This document shows, one piece after another, positions 22,425-34,469 of a stretch of DNA of 64,000 nt. Position 1 is the stretch's first letter, and each line of letters starts with the position of its first letter. The notes beneath the pieces are model-generated. The model had not been told where the DNA came from. It made no database searches and saw only the letters and a program-made list of their open reading frames with translations. The translations under genes and the position numbers were made by a program. Source of the stretch: Octopus bimaculoides (lineage: Eukaryota); contig NC_068995.1 of the NCBI RefSeq assembly GCF_001194135.2, positions 32,656,122 to 32,720,121 of the forward strand. The letters run 5' to 3'.

Positions 22425-25400
22425 CGTAGCTGCGGACATGTTTAATTGAGTTCCTTTATTTCGTTTCTCTAAGGGCTCCTGGCTGGTAGTTCGGTTCTAT
22501 CACGTTTGCGCTGGCACACAAGAACAATTCTTCCATTTGCGCCGGCAGGATCGATCAAACTCAATGCTGTCATCTCTCATCTTTTCTAGACACACTTCTA
22601 TCAAGTCTCTTTCTATATACACAAAGTACATCTAATGTCTTCACGCATTCATTCACACTATAGATATCTCTATAAAACACAACTTCTTTACAAAATTCCT
22701 ATACAAGACACTAACGTTGTATGTAACCCACTACTGTGAATTAACCTTGCTATTGAACAAGTTGAATTTTGTCCGTCTATCTCCGTATACCGGTGGTTGG
22801 TATACGAAGTCCGGACGTCTGTCTCTGTATACCAATTACTATTGAATGAACACACAGACATAGTTGTCGACAAGCTGCCACCGCCGACGTGTGAACACTC
22901 CATTGGGCTATAGCTACACATTAGCTACGAAGATAGTGAACTCACCATACTAGTAACCCCTTCACTAGACTGGGGATACCTGCGCTACAAACAATAAATA
23001 TGGCAAAAATTTAACGTTAAATCGCGCCAGGGGACAGAAGAGCTAAATACCAAAACCTTTCCTGATAAAGAATACACTACGCAACATAGATTAGAAGCTA
23101 TTTGGCTCTAGGGTAAGCTAGGCAGACACTGAAACGAAAGCCGAGAGGGAGAATGAAAACAACCATCGTCATTTAAAATCTGTTTTCCATGCTGATATGG
23201 ATTAGACGGTTTGAAGGATCTTTGGTTCGATAATTATAATTACCATTAGTATACAGACAGTGATTCAACAGGTGGTTTGGCAGAAATTATCAAATCGTTG
23301 TGTAAATTACCTTTTCAACATTTTGTTACTGTCCTTTACGCCCTAAATTTAAATTCCTTTAACCTTTTGAGGTCGATAAAATATAATATCGGTGAAGTGG
23401 ATGTATTTTCTTATACATCCAAAATGTAAGAGAAAACATTTTTATCTTCAAAAAGGCATTTAACTCCTTTATATTTGTATTACTTTGCATTGATGTGGTG
23501 GGTTAATTACATATTATTATTTCAAGAACGCAATCTTGAGCAACTTCTTCATTAAAGTAATAAACTACAAAACCGAATTAATGTCGTGTAGACACTAGAA
23601 ACACTTGCACGGACCATCTGATGGAGAGAACTTATGATAATTCTATCTTCATAAATTGCAACTTCGTCAGTTGTATATATTAATAATTGCAGAGTGGTGT
23701 TAGTTAGCTAAGAACTGGATTATTTGGTTTGGTTGCCTGATGTTCCCAAATAAAATTAATCCCAATATTTAGATTTTATTAACGTGTTTATTTACGGATT
23801 GACGTTACAATTGTTACTTTGCATAAACTGTTATATTGAGGTAAAAATTCTATGTTCGTGCTTAGTGAGAGGTGATCTTTTTAATTTGAGCTCGGAAAAA
23901 CATAGCTACCGGCTAATCAGGAAAACATCTGCTTTGCATTACCCACGCACCTCGATTTATAACTTATAAATAAACTATAACTATAAATGGAATTTTCCAT
24001 TAATCATGCCATCAGCTACAAATGCACCAGAACAATAATTTGCTGAAACATGGACTATGATCACCTAATAAGAACAGTTACCAACAAATATGTTTTATAT
24101 GCTTTTCCTGTTACTGGACCATCGGAGTTTCCAATGCTGAGTGCGGCGATAGCAGAATTAATGATATTCACTGAATTGTTAAAGCATTGAATGACCAGGT
24201 TTAGGTATACTCGTTTTGATAATATCTACCAAATGGGCCACATTTTTAGTAATGTTTGTTACAATGTAAACTTTACCTCATGTAAAAGATTCCAAGGAAT
24301 TAAGAATAAAATTGTTAAATCTGCTTGACCACCAACAGTTTAGTGGATCTTAGTCATTGATTAATCGTCGGTAGTACACGATAATAGGTAGACTGCATGT
24401 AAAGGCGAGAATGAGCACGCTTATATTTTAGTGTTCATATATTTTTATTGACCCGGAACGTTTGCTTTTACATATGCATAAATATTTGATTTAAAGGAAC
24501 AATATTCAGCTTCTAACGAATGGAACAGTCAAAGTCTTCTGTAATACAATATACTGGATAATTATATAAAAGCAGTTCATAGTTATTGAAGGTAAGAAAA
24601 GTAGAAAGCGTGAGAACTACATGTAGGTAAAGTGTGCATGATTTGGCATAACAAACCAAGGTTGGTACCTTTTGCTGAACATGACAGAAGCATGCTGAGT
24701 AAAGAATAGTAAAAGAGCGTGAAAGACCATCTCACGAGACAAAGCGACATGGCTCTAAGATGACTCTGGATAGGAATCAGTTCGTCAGCTTTTATAACTC
24801 AACGATGTTCTAGAAGGTTCGACCAGACTATTTGGTGAGATGATTTCAGCTCACTAGATTTCACACCAGCCAACTTGATTAGTTGATCCATGTTTGCGAA
24901 GGCATTTATGCCTTTGATGGTGACACAATTATTCTTGCTTTTTATGGCAGTATATATGTTAAGCCGTGGTCTTGAGCTCGGAAACTTGAACGTGTTGGTT
25001 CGAAACTAAGCTGGAACGTGCAGTATGCCAATTTAAAATGTTTGATGAAAGCTGGGCATTGATGGCTTGGTAGTTAATATTATAAACCCATAGTGTGACA
25101 GACTCTGTATTTATTTTGTATTAAAAAAATGTACAACATTATCTGGTGGATAATTTGAAGGATCGTACAATAAATTTCCTTTGGTAAGGGCACAACAAAA
25201 ATACATCAATTTAGGATCTAACAGGTTAAAGGCAATGCTAGGATACAGAATTTCTGGAATATGTAAAGCGGGTACTTGTAACCATTGATATAATCAGAAA
25301 CATATTCAATAACTGAGCAGTCAGTTTTGTTGTCGGTAATACCTTTATCTTTTGAACACCAATTGTGTTTCAATAATGTTGTTGTTGCTCTTTTATCTTC

Positions 25401-25859
25401 ATATCTAAAAGTATGTGTATGTTTATTATATCTGTGTAGCGGAAGGAGTAGCGAAATGTAATGTTGTTGATGGTTCAATGTACGTCGTCGGGAGTAGCAA
25501 ATGAAAGTAGGCGTGTTGGACTGACATAAGAGGAAAACAAATGAAGAATAATAGGAATGCAATTTTCACAATTATTTAGTTAAAAGTTGCATTTACGAGT
25601 TGGATAGAGAAAGCTTGATTTGAAATATGAACAAATCTACCGCTACATCAACTACTTCGAGTATATGAAATATAAACGGAGGAAAGGGAATGTTAATGGC
25701 ACAAGATAGTACACTCATATTTTGTGTCTGTGTGCGTTTGTCATTTGGTCTTGTATCGTTTTTCTATCTCGTCTTGTTCGTGTCTACAACAGCTACCGTC
25801 TTGTGTCGCCGGTCACTGCTTGTTCATCTTTGGCTATGTGGCTAACTGTTTGCTATCTG

Positions 25860-25920
25860 GCTCTCTGGCGTGTGTCCAAGGAAACCGTATTTATAATGGT
25901 CATCCTAGCTAGTAGGATGG
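25860..25920 (-). promoter_or_regulatory. Orphan TATA-Inr promoter signature
   Basis: TATAAATA on the minus strand (25895-25888), with a CA initiator dinucleotide at 25867/25866, 29 nt downstream. Confidence 0.3.
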
Positions 25921-26185
25921 ATATACCATAGGAGTAGCTTGTACTTATTAAGGCCACCTGTTGTCCAGTTGAACTTTCCGTGACACAGCCAGATCGGAAG
26001 TCGAGTGGAAACTCATCCATCATTTTTTGACAGAACAAAGAATTTCGTTCGCACCTGTTCGGCCAGTGGTGGATCGTGCGAGTAGGAATTCTTAGACGTG
26101 GTTTCGAATCTCAGCCTGGAAAATGAAACGTAGCTTCCACATCTGGATTTAAAGGAGTTCTGGGTAAAGTCTCAGCACTTCGTGT

Positions 26186-26263
26186 CATTGTTGTTATTGG
26201 TGAAAACCTTCGAACAGTATACAACATTGTTGTTATTGGTGAAAACCTTCGCACAGTATACAA
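26186..26263. repeat. 39-bp tandem duplication (2 units, 1 mismatch)
   Basis: CATTGTTGTTATTGGTGAAAACCTTCG(A/C)ACAGTATACAA twice. Confidence 0.95.
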
Positions 26264-28380
26264 CACTTTTCCTTGCTGTTATGTTCATTGAAATCTGTTC
26301 CATTAATTTATTGGGATGTATACTTATAAATATAAACGGTGCAGGTTAATAAAATATTTGTAAACTCAAATTTTAGTGTTGTTATTTTCTTCGCATATAT
26401 CTTATCGACGCTCAGTGCACACATTGCAGACAACAAAGGGATCGTTTTGGTAGACTCCCCAGGCATAAAGAATGCATTGATCGCTAAGTGAGATATGAAA
26501 GGGCTCCTGTTAAGCCTACCAGTAAAATGGTAAAGCCTTTGAGCACCCTACTTTCAGTGAGCTGAGGAAGATATCGCGACTGGTTGAATTTTAAACATTT
26601 TTAAAAATCAAGTTTGAGAACTGCCCTGGGGACCTCACAAATAGTGCTCACGAATATCCTCGTGGCATACTCAATTGCTTCACACCCCCGCCCCCGAACT
26701 AAAGGCTTGAGTTCCGAAGAGAGACGGTCGCCTCCAATCACACCCAACTGTTAAGAGTAGATATAATCAGTAAGCTTAAGGAGACCTAGCAGACGTATAA
26801 AGGGGAGAATACTCTCAAATAAATTTGTTCTTGAACTGTGTGAAACATTCAAAAATCAACTCCAGCCGACCACAAGATGTCATCGTCAAGATGATTGATG
26901 AGAGTGGGCCAAGTCCAACAGGAAATGATGTGATCGACTTCTTGTTATTATTTGGGGATAAAGATTGGTCTTAAATTAGTCAATAGTTCGAGCTAGATGG
27001 AAGCTTCTCTCTCAAATTATTCGAGAGATTCGGTATAGCTCGGAATAGAAATGGAAAGAACATGGACTATCCCTTAGATATCACATCCATCGATTTCTTG
27101 GGAGCACACTTGTGGAGCTATACCTTGAAATGTATCAAATTATTTTACCATACTAATTATCTCTCCGATTCTCTTCAAATAGAATGAGGATGAGAATTTA
27201 TCCGTGTTCCGTGTACTCTGTCGTCTTTGGTAATCTGTTATCCATTATTAGTTCGATGCTGAAACTTAATTTTGTGTATGAAATATAAGACAGGTTATCT
27301 ATTCAGGTTTACTTTCCTACTTGTTTTAAATTTCAAACCCACTCCATTTATTGCTTTCATATTTTGGCACAAGACCAGCAATTTCGGGGGAAGGGGAAAG
27401 TCGATTACATCAACCATAGTACTCAACTGGTACTTATTTTACCGACCCCGAAAGGATGAAAGGTAAAGTCGACCTCAACAAAATTTGAACTCTGAACGTA
27501 AAAACGACGAAACGACGCTGTCCGGCGTGCTAACGATACCCAGTACATATATTTCTCTCTTTATTGCCCACAGGGGGCTAAACACACAGGGATTAAGTCG
27601 ATTACATCGACCTCAGTGCGTAAATGGTACTTATTTAATCGACCCCGAAAGGATGAAAGTTGACCTCGACGGAATTTGAACTCAGAACGTTACGGCAAAC
27701 GAAATAACGCCAAGCATTTCGCACAGCGTGCTAACGATTCTGCCAGCTTGCCGTCCTACCCAGTTACATATATTAGCATATTCGCCAACCTGATACAGAT
27801 CGCAAGTGTTGAGGGCGAGTGCATCGTCTTTTTTCTCGTGATTAAATTTTAATTAAATGAATAGTGTTCGAGTTGGAATACGAAAGGTATTAAGGAATTT
27901 TTTCGGTTTAAGACCTCAAAATGAAAGTAGAAAATGATCGTAAGCAATCGACATTAAAAAACTGAAATTTGGTAAAAAAAAATTAAAAAATTAAAAAAAA
28001 CTTTTCAGTTTAATTCTCAGAATCTCTGTAATTTCAAGCGTAGAATCTCCACCACTACACCAATTTTTTTTTTTTTTTTGAAAAAAAGTTAAAAACGAAA
28101 AATTGGGAGGCGGGGCGGAGGAACTGAAAATTAAGAATGCAGGGTTTTTTAATTCAAAATTGTAATCGCCGTAGTTAACAGGAATCTGATGAAATTCTTG
28201 ATAAAAAAAAAAGGAGAGAAAGAGAGAGAGAGAGAGAGAGAGACTGTTCGACACATCCGATGTCAATATTTCCACTTTTATTATTATCACAATAATATCG
28301 ATGTCCGTATTTATATATTCATCACATATATTAAGTCTTCATATTTTATTGTTAAATATACTGAAACCCGGTTTGGGAAA

Positions 28381-28496
28381 ACGGAAGTCTCAGTCACATG
28401 ACGCGCAACTGGAGTAATTGCTCCAACTTCCGTTACATGAAGGTTGTAACTGAACGTTTGTGGAGTGCGGTTTAATTTTCTTGCGCGAAATCAAAA
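28381..28496 (+). promoter_or_regulatory. STOML2 proximal promoter (CpG-containing, TATA-less)
   Basis: ACGGAAGT (28381) and inverted ACTTCCGT (28426), ETS-type; GTCACATGAC (28393), E-box/CLEAR-like; GCGCGAAA (28483), E2F-type. Confidence 0.55.
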
Positions 28497-28550
28497 ATGA
28501 GTTTGCTGAAGATTTTACGGCCTCAGTATTTGCTGTCTAAACGCTACGGA
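28497..28550 (+). CDS. STOML2: STOML2 exon 1 (MSLLKILRPQYLLSKRYG), start of a mitochondrial presequence
   Basis: AAAATG start beside promoter motifs; basic and acid-free peptide; GTCAGT donor, phase 0, joining exon 2 across a 13.9-kb intron. Assignment is inferred. Confidence 0.7.
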
Positions 28551-31500
28551 GTCAGTATTACTTTATTTCTTCTCTTTCTTTTCCTATACTTTCAGATTTT
28601 CCTTTCCTTTTTTTTTTATAGAGTTTTAGTTTTACCGGCACTCGGCAACACGTTGCTTCCTTCGTTTAAAGTTGTTTCGTTAGTTTATTTCAAACTAGAA
28701 CCTAATCATTTATTAAATTGTCTATATAATTAATTATGAACAATTACTCTTCACTCATTTATTATTCTTTCTCTTTTTCACATCAATATTTCCAGCTGTT
28801 TTATCTAGTCTTATTTTAATCTATCGAATTGGCCATTGAAAGATTTACTGTTATTATTGGTTGTTTTACCTCAGGACAGCTCTGATCAAGCAGTTCTATA
28901 AAATGTATAACAACCATGATTGCCCCTTTTTAATACAATAATATCTAGAAGACATTATCCAATGTCTTTTTTTGAAACGGTGGGGGTGTAACTTGGCTGT
29001 CGTTTCTAGCATATCGAGTTTCTAAGACTTCGTTTGCACATCATGTTAACATTGAATATTTAACTTGGAAAAGCTGTTAGAGAAAGTCTAGAATTCGAGA
29101 GTTAGGGATGTCGATTTAAGGACAATCATGTTAATTAATTGGACTGGGTTTAGTTGTATACATTTTAATTCGTGTTGTCATCAAAGAAAATATTCTACTC
29201 GTGGTATAAATATATCGTTACAGCATAAACTGCCGAAATACTTGTTCATTTCATTTTAACGTTCCTAATTCTCTGAATGTTGCATCATCTCATTTCTTCA
29301 ATTTTTCATAAATCGAACAAATTGAGTTCCAACAAAAACGTTAGAGCGTCGAGCAGAATGCTATGCAGTATTTGTACCAGCTTCTTACAGTCTGAGTTTA
29401 AACCTTACTGAGGTCAACTTTGCCTTTCATCTTTCTGAGGTCGAATAAAGTACTAGGATCGCTCTCCTTAAATTTCAGGCTTTGTTCCAATATTAGAAAC
29501 ATTGCTTTTATCCCGCTGAGGTCGATAAAATAAGTACAATGTACAGCATAACTACAGGGTTTTACCCCCCAGACTTTGGGAGGTCGTAACTTTCAGAAAA
29601 ATGAATATTTTTTAATGAAATTTTCTATGCATATAGTATTTACTATGTAGAATCCGAATATACAAANNNNNNNNNNTCGTAACTTTCAGAAAAATGAATA
29701 TTTTTTAATGAAATTTTCTATTCATATAGTATTTACTATGTAGAATCCGAATATACAAAAATTTCCGGTGAAAGTGTTTTGGAATGGGGGTGGGGGACAA
29801 TTTTTGGGGGGTAAAACCCTGTAGTTATGCCCCATGTACTGGATCGATATAATCGATTATTCTTTCTACCCGTTAATATTTCTAGCATTGTACTTGTGTT
29901 AGAAATTATTATCGCTTGTTGTAGTGCAACAGTAAATCCTCGATGAGAAAATTTCTAGTTGAAGCTGTTCCTCTTCAATCATTTCACAAATCCCGATCTC
30001 ACTCTTCTAAAACTTGGATTTATAACAAATTAAGGAATACATTTTATTAGCATTATGTTTTGATTTTTGTTAATAACTAATGAATGTTCTACATTTGCGG
30101 ACCAAGCTATCGTTAGTAGCTATAGCTTCAAGCAACTACCACCACCACCACCACCAATTTGGCTTAATCTTTATTTGCCTTACTATGTGTGTGTGTGTTA
30201 TGTAAGATAAAGTTATTGACAATATTAAGCGAGTACTGTAGGCGTGTAATGCAGCTGACCGTGCCGATAATTCAGTTTCAATTCCTTGTGTAGCCTTTTC
30301 ATTTCTCACATCGCTAATGCCCTTGAGAAAGGCACTCATGTCAAACTCGTTTTCCTTTTCTATTTTTTTAAATCTCTGAGTCCATGCTTGTGTAAGATAT
30401 AAATGAAAATATTGGTGAGCCGAAATAATGACTCGATGTTACACTTATATAAGCTTTGATATTAATGAAGAAATCAAAAAATTAACTAATTTTCGTATTA
30501 AGAATTTTATTCAACATTTTAATAACAAAATCCACTGGTTACGAAGTGATGTGTTTCTGTTCGTGTAGTTCAAAGAAAACTAACACTGACATCGAGGAGA
30601 AATCACGTGTTGATATACTTGCAGTTGTTTGATCCCTTATAATTAGATATCTTTTTACGTACGAAAGTAGATTGGACGAATCTGGTAACATTTTCACACA
30701 GCATTGCCAAAATCATAACGAATATTTTATATATTTTTGTATTGTCCTTCTGATTGACTGCGACAAGTTCAATGAATGATGTCATGTTACTACTACTAAT
30801 TTATGCTGATAATGTAGTTTCCATTTAGCCGAAATCTCTTGATAATTTTGGATCCCACTCTCCTATTCTTTTTTTTTTTTCTTTTTTCCTTCTTACACAG
30901 GCATGAAATGCTTTTGTTTAAATATATTTCTGTCTGTATGTTGGACGGCCCTTCGGAGGGCTAACTGGTTTTACTGGTTTAATGCCCTTTCCTTACGCCA
31001 AATATTCAATTGTTATGTAGAAATTACTGGTCAAACAATTTGCAACAGACACTTTAGGAAACCAGCTAACTTCCCCCACCGCCTCCCAGTCTGACACAGA
31101 GATTACATCCTCACTAGCAAACGGGACAGAAGGGTTAAATACCAACACATTTCCGGATGAAGGATGCACTACGCAACATAGATTAGTGGCTAGTTGGCTT
31201 CAGAGTCAGCAAGGCAGATAGAAACGAAAGCCGACATGGAGAAGGAAAATAATCATCATGATTTAACGTCTGTTTTCCACGTTGGCATGGGTTAGACGGC
31301 TTGGAGGATCCAGCGAGCCACAGGGTTGTGTCGAGTTCCCGTATCAGCTTTGACATGGTTTCTATGGCTGGATAAAGAGGAGCAGGTGACTTTATACCAA
31401 AATATGGAAACTAAAAGATCCTGCAGTTGAGAACAGATTTAAAGAAATTCTAATTCATGCATATGGGTGAAAGGAGGAAGATTTAGAAACTTGTAGTATA

Positions 31501-34426
31501 GATGACAAGTGGAAACTCCTGTGAATCCCATGAAATAACCTCCTTAGAGTTACAGATCACATGTGGCTGGAGCAAAGTCCCAGCCAAACCTGAATGCCAT
31601 GTGGTGTTGGAATGATACAGTTGATGAAGCAGTAAAGGTTAAGAGATGAGCATTACCTGATGGCTAGAAGAGTTACTAAGTTACAGGTGCAAATGGCTAA
31701 AGGTAACGTAGTAAGGAAGAGGTTTGTACATATCCTGCAGAGATGTGAAGTATTTAGGATTGTGACTGTGAGAGAAAATTGAAATGTCATTGGTGAGAAG
31801 AGAACTCAAAATGATGAAGGCATACTTGTCATTGATGTTGAACACAAGGAAGTGGCATGGAAATGCTTTTATAAGAGGCTGCTGAATGTGGAGAACACAT
31901 AGAATTAAGAAGGGCTACTTCCTGCTCAAGTTGACAGCAGCAGGGCAGACAAAGTAATCAAGGAAAGCCACATGTCCATTGGGGATAATTGCAGAGATGT
32001 TCAAAATGTCTGGTGAAGTAGGATATGTGATTATTACCTTGATAGTTGTGTCATACTCAATGACTGGTGTAGCAATATCATCATTAACGACTTCAAAGGC
32101 AAAGGTGATACTAGATCAGGTTATGAAGGTCACAAGGAAAGTTGTAGCACATCTGATTCCTGACAGAGTAGACCTAGAGAAGGTGTTTGACAGAGTACCA
32201 CATTCAGTAATTTGGAGGTCACTGAAGACACTAGGTGTAGATGAATGGCCTGAGAGGGTTGTACAAGCTTTGTACTTAGATGCAATCAGTGAAGTGAATT
32301 AGGAATTTTAGTGATGAACTTAGCATGCAAGTAAGAGTTCATTAAGATTCAGTCCTCTCCTATTCATCATAGTCCTACGGGCATCAACAGTGAAGTTAAG
32401 ACTGACTGTTCATATTAACACCTATTTGCCAATGATCTAGTTTTTATAGTTAAATCTACAGAGGAATTAGAGAAGAAAATCAGGTTAGGAAACTAAACCA
32501 AAAATTAAGGGGTTTTAAGATAAATTTAGCAAAGATTAAAGTTTTTATAAGAAAGAAGACAGGATCCTGGCATCATCGGGGAAGTGGCCTTCTTTGATAT
32601 ACAGGAAAGATATATGTATGAACTCCATAAGCTGTACCCTGTGTAAGCTTGGATATACAGGTGTTGTGGAATCACTGGCAGACTATCAGAGAACATAAGC
32701 TTTGTATGTGATAGATGCATAGGAACAGTACATGCTATGAGCACACTAGAAATAGTAAGTGAGGTGGTTAGATGGTTGCTTTAAAAATATGAAGAACAGG
32801 TTGGAGAAAATTCAGGGCACTAATACTGCTATTGGCAACAAAGCTGATTTTCCTCAGAAGGCAGATTGTGTGACACTTGTGTTAAAACTGCAATAAATGT
32901 TATCAGCCTTTGTGAAATGAAGTAACTACAAATGGACAAAACCTTGCTTACATGTATGTAAGGGAAATTAAGTGTTTTTTGCCAATAAACACACCATATC
33001 TACTTAATGTGTGGAAGAACTAAGGCAGCGAGCTGGCAGAAACGTTAGCATGCCAGGTGAAATGCTTAGTGGAATTTCGTCTGTTTTTACATTCTGAGTT
33101 CAAATTCCTTCGAGGTTGATTTTGCCTTTCATCTTTTCGGGGTCGATAAATTAAGTACCAGTTGTGTACTGGGGTTGATCTAATTGACTGGTCTCCTCCC
33201 CAAAAATTCTGCCTAGAGTAGAAAAGAATGTGTGGAAGAACTTAATATCTTTTTCATTTGGTCATTACACATTCAATATTAATAATAATGTTAACCCTCT
33301 AGTGTTCAGATGACTTTGTCGAATGTAATGCTTATTTAATTTCATTGTTTTGAATTAGTTGTGCATTATCTTGTTGCTTTAAGATTTTTGATGTTGTGAT
33401 TGTTTATTTTTAGAATGACATTGTAAGGTAGGTTGAAAAGGCTGGATCTGACCAATGAACATAAAGCAGATAGAATATTTGAGCCAGAAATGCTAAAGGG
33501 TTAAGGTAGCAGATTGGCAGAATCAGTGGTGACAGACAAATTGCCTTGCAGTATTCACTGTATTTTGTGAAATGGCAGGCTCATGTATGGCATACTTTGG
33601 ATCCTCTTCAAAAAATTCAATATACATTCTAGATGGAAATTATTTTTTTTTAATACTTACATGAATACCTAAACTTTGTGAAAAATGAATCAATACAATT
33701 CTTATAAATGTTCAAGATTTACAGCTTAAATATTTCATAATTTGTGTGTCTGTCACATTACCTCACCTGAAAATGGCCTATATATATATATATATAAAAT
33801 CAACAACACAGTGTATGTGCTTTCTTTGTTCACCAGTAGGCTGCATTTTAGCAAAATACATACTTTATGTGTGGTTGATAATGTTTACAACTCTAGTGCT
33901 ACTTCTAATTCATATTAGGCGTGGCTGTATGATAAGAAGCTTCCTTCCCAACCACATGAATCTGGGTTTAGTCCTACTGTGTTGCACTGTGGGCAAGTGT
34001 CTTCTGCTATAGCTTCGGGCCAATTAAAGCCTTGCAAGTGGATTTGGTTGACAGAAACTGAAGGGAGCCCGTCGTGTGTGTGTATATATATATATATTGT
34101 TGTTGGCACTCCGTCGCTTACATCGATTGTTCCAGTTGATCTGATCAACGGAACAGCCTGCTCGTGAAATTAATGTGCGAGTAGTTGAGCACTCCACAGA
34201 CACGTGTACCCTTAACGTAGTTCTCGGGGATATTCAGCGTGACATAGTGTGACAAGGTTGGCCCTTTGAAATACAGATACAACAGAAACAGGAAGAAAGA
34301 GTGAGAGAAAGTTGTGGTGAATGAGTACAGCAGGGTTCACCACCACCCCTGCCGGAGCCTCGTGGAGCTTTAGGTGTTTTTGCTGAATAAACACNNNNNN
34401 NNNNNNNNNNNNNNNNNNNNNNNNNN

Positions 34427-34469
<43 letters not shown>

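Noticed and set aside
24480-25700. Scattered kelch-like peptide fragments on the plus strand (EQYSASNEW, IYAFDG, GSIYV, VDGSMYVVG, WTDIRGKQM)
   Set aside because: They fall in different frames among many stops, and their spacing does not fit the ~47-aa kelch period. Probably chance in AT-rich DNA. A translated HMM search (Kelch_1) would settle it.
25991-26000. AGATCGGAAG resembling the Illumina adapter
   Set aside because: Only 10 nt match, the next base diverges, and it is mid-contig
25690-26040. Solo LTR (TG...CA) explaining the orphan TATA
   Set aside because: No matching 4-6-bp TSD and no clear poly(A) signal; kept only as an alternative explanation in the findings
26056-26128. tRNA gene
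   Set aside because: A- and B-box-like motifs are present but no cloverleaf can be folded; it looks like a decayed SINE head
26186-26263. 39-bp direct repeats as a CRISPR array
   Set aside because: The units are adjacent with no spacer, there are only two, the host is eukaryotic, and no cas genes are present
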